32,000 nucleotides of DNA from Candidatus Saccharimonadota bacterium. GTDB lineage: Bacteria; Patescibacteriota; Gracilibacteria; BD1-5; UBA6164. The notes beneath the pieces were generated by a model. The model was not told the DNA's origin. It worked only from the letters and a program-made list of their open reading frames with translations, and did not search any database. The stretch covers positions 1,440,001 through 1,472,000 of the forward strand of contig OZ245768.1 in the NCBI GenBank assembly GCA_965227835.1, given 5' to 3'. Shown here piece after piece: positions 30,301 to 32,000 of this stretch. Each line of letters starts with the position of its first letter. The first letter of the stretch is position 1. Made by a program: the position numbers and the translations under genes.

Positions 30301-32000
30301 TCAGTCTCTATATGTATGTTCAAAGTAATCTTTGTTTTCTACTTTATTTCAATCTCAAAGATCAAATACAAAATCATCATATACTCAAGTAGTTCTATTT
30401 ATAAATATAAACTTATTTCATATAGAAACATAATCAAAACCAGGTATCAAACTGTTAGCTACATTTATCTCTATATTTCTAGTATTACTAAATCATTTAT
30501 TCTTTACTTTTAGTTTAGCATAATATTTTCAAGGTTTGTTATATACATGAGTTATATTTGGGTCTCTTGTATCCAAATCATAAAATCAATCTCCATCAAA
30601 ATCCCAAAAATAAACTACTTTTTTGGATATATTTTGTTTTAAAATATTCTGCACTTTTGCATTAAATATTACCTCATCTCATACAGATACACTATTATCA
30701 GGAGTCTTTAATTCCACAATAGGTACATTTATGTTATTTCAAGCAAGAGTTAGAGAAGTTGATTTTCATATATCTTTTGATGAAATTCTAGAATCAGAAT
30801 CATCCGTAAGAAGTGCCACAAAATAATAATTTCATGTTATCTTTGGTAATACAAATCTAGTAGAGGGTCCTGTAGTTGCCCTAAAATCTTGAGGTTCATC
30901 ATCTAAATCTGTATAATAATACCATAAATATGAAGTAATTACACCATCTTTATCTATAGCTCATATAGCATTCACATCTACTATTACAGGTTCAGATTCT
31001 AAATCATCTGTTCTAGCAACAAGTTTTGATAAACTTGGATTTATATTTTCTATTTTTATCCATATTTTTTTTGTATCGCTAGTTCTATTTTTTTGGCTTG
31101 TTACTTTTAATATAGCTGGGAAACATCATAGTTCATCAAATTTATAATTGGTATTTTTTGATGTAAAATATTTATTGTTTCATATTTTAAGTGAGTAGTC
31201 TAGATTATTATTATTTCAATCAATATCTATACTATCTGAAGCATCAAAAGAAATAGGTGTCAGCCTATCAGCTATATAGGCATCCTGACCTTTACAGGCA
31301 TTTTTTTTCAACACAATACTATTTGTAGCATTTGAAACTTTCATAATAGCAACAGGGGAATCTCAATCTCATACATAAGCTACTTTGCTATGAGTGTTTG
31401 ATTTTCAAAATTTATCTATTACCTTTAACCTAATTTCAAACATACCTGTTTTTTGATATTTGTGTGATATTTTTCTTTTTACTCAACCTGTGGAATTGTT
31501 CCCATCACCAAAATCCCATTCAAAAAACTCTGCTTCAGGACTTACTGCTTCAAATTTTATAAAATCTCATCTTTTGATAGCTCTAGGATTTACAGAAAAA
31601 TCTAGGCTCAAAATAGATGCTATATTAACTTTATCTTCTTTTATTCATTCTATATTATCGGGATCTTCTACTCTCAAAACTACACTATGATCTCATATAC
31701 TATCAAATGTATAAAATCATGTTGATCAGTTGAAATTTGTTTCTTCCAAATTGACTCTTACACCATTTACCTCCCAAAAATATTTTAATTTACCAGTATC
31801 TACAAAATCAGGGTCAAAACTATCTGTAGCATCTAAAAATACTCTGTTTGGTTTGTTTTTTTCTGGTATTGTTGATTTAAACTCAGCTACAGGAGCTCTG
31901 GAGTTTATATAAATATTTTGAGTATCTATACTTTTTTCAGATGATCATATTCAACTTACTTCAAGTTTTACATTGAAATGTCATTTATTTTTGAAATTGT
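27379..32000 (-). CDS. Giant surface-type protein (5' end beyond window): multiple PKD domains, one TM helix, K/D/E-rich repetitive C-terminal tail
   Basis: No TAA/TAG in the line-aligned minus frame from 32000 down to TAA 27381-27379; every triplet was checked, over more than 1540 codons. PKD signatures: FEWDFGDG...SHKYQKTGMFEIRLKVID (about 31518-31380), YFWDFDGDG...THVY (about 30606-30541) and FDLGDGNK...HTYRDG (about 30366-30301). TM segment GSIISSILKTIIYILLGILFILGIGGAGYFVYY (about 29280-29182). Confidence 0.85.

Noticed and set aside
27181-31912. Many plus-strand S/F/L-rich track ORFs (27329..28009, 28058..28324, 28781..29119, 29219..29689, 30289..31912).
   Set aside because: All lie antisense to the single giant minus-strand table-25 ORF or to lepB. 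Their serine/phenylalanine-rich low complexity mirrors the K/E/D-rich sense strand.
1-32000. UGA as Trp (table 4, Mycoplasma-like) as the alternative recoding.
   Set aside because: TGA columns match invariant Gly in Walker A (GxxGxGKT), PPCQG, ENVPG, LDPLATG, GLAAGF and the GS..D.D NTase motif. Trp there would break every motif. TGG is used at canonical Trp positions (KWGFI, WDFGDG). The single TGG/TGA paralogue difference at 19686-19684 / 20577-20575 is explained by one transition.

Overview
AT-rich window (about a quarter G+C by eye) that is only interpretable if UGA is read as glycine (translation table 25, the Gracilibacteria / Absconditabacteria-SR1 code). In-frame TGA sits at invariant Gly positions of several unrelated conserved motifs. 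The supplied standard-code ORF track is therefore fragmented, and many of its plus-strand ORFs are antisense shadows. Re-translated by hand, the window contains six blocks. (i) 1-13.2 kb: four head-to-tail paralogous minus-strand genes, one cut by the window edge. Each encodes a K/E-rich coiled-coil N-region, an AAA+ (AAA_5/MoxR-like) ATPase, a helical linker and a variable number (>=6, 7, 11, 6) of 34-aa WG-type repeats. (ii) A divergently transcribed HExxH-metallopeptidase-like + von Willebrand A protein (the classical MoxR partner type), followed by a convergent patatin-like phospholipase. Blocks (i) and (ii) together are my main candidate for an undescribed NTPase-based, possibly conflict/defence, system. 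(iii) pyrD. (iv) An accessory stretch at 18.5-25.4 kb: a frameshifted ORF, a chimeric TM-less sugar-transferase-like gene, a CHC2 zinc-finger primase-like gene, an RlaP-type nucleotidyltransferase, an RHH gene remnant and a complete type II R-M module (C5 methyltransferase, convergent endonuclease candidate, C-protein-like HTH). (v) tRNA-Lys(UUU), truB and lepB. (vi) The 3' 4.6 kb of a giant minus-strand ORF with PKD domains, one TM helix and a K/D/E-rich tail carrying PDWL/GSL motifs; it runs off the right edge. All coordinates and translations are hand-derived and need machine confirmation.
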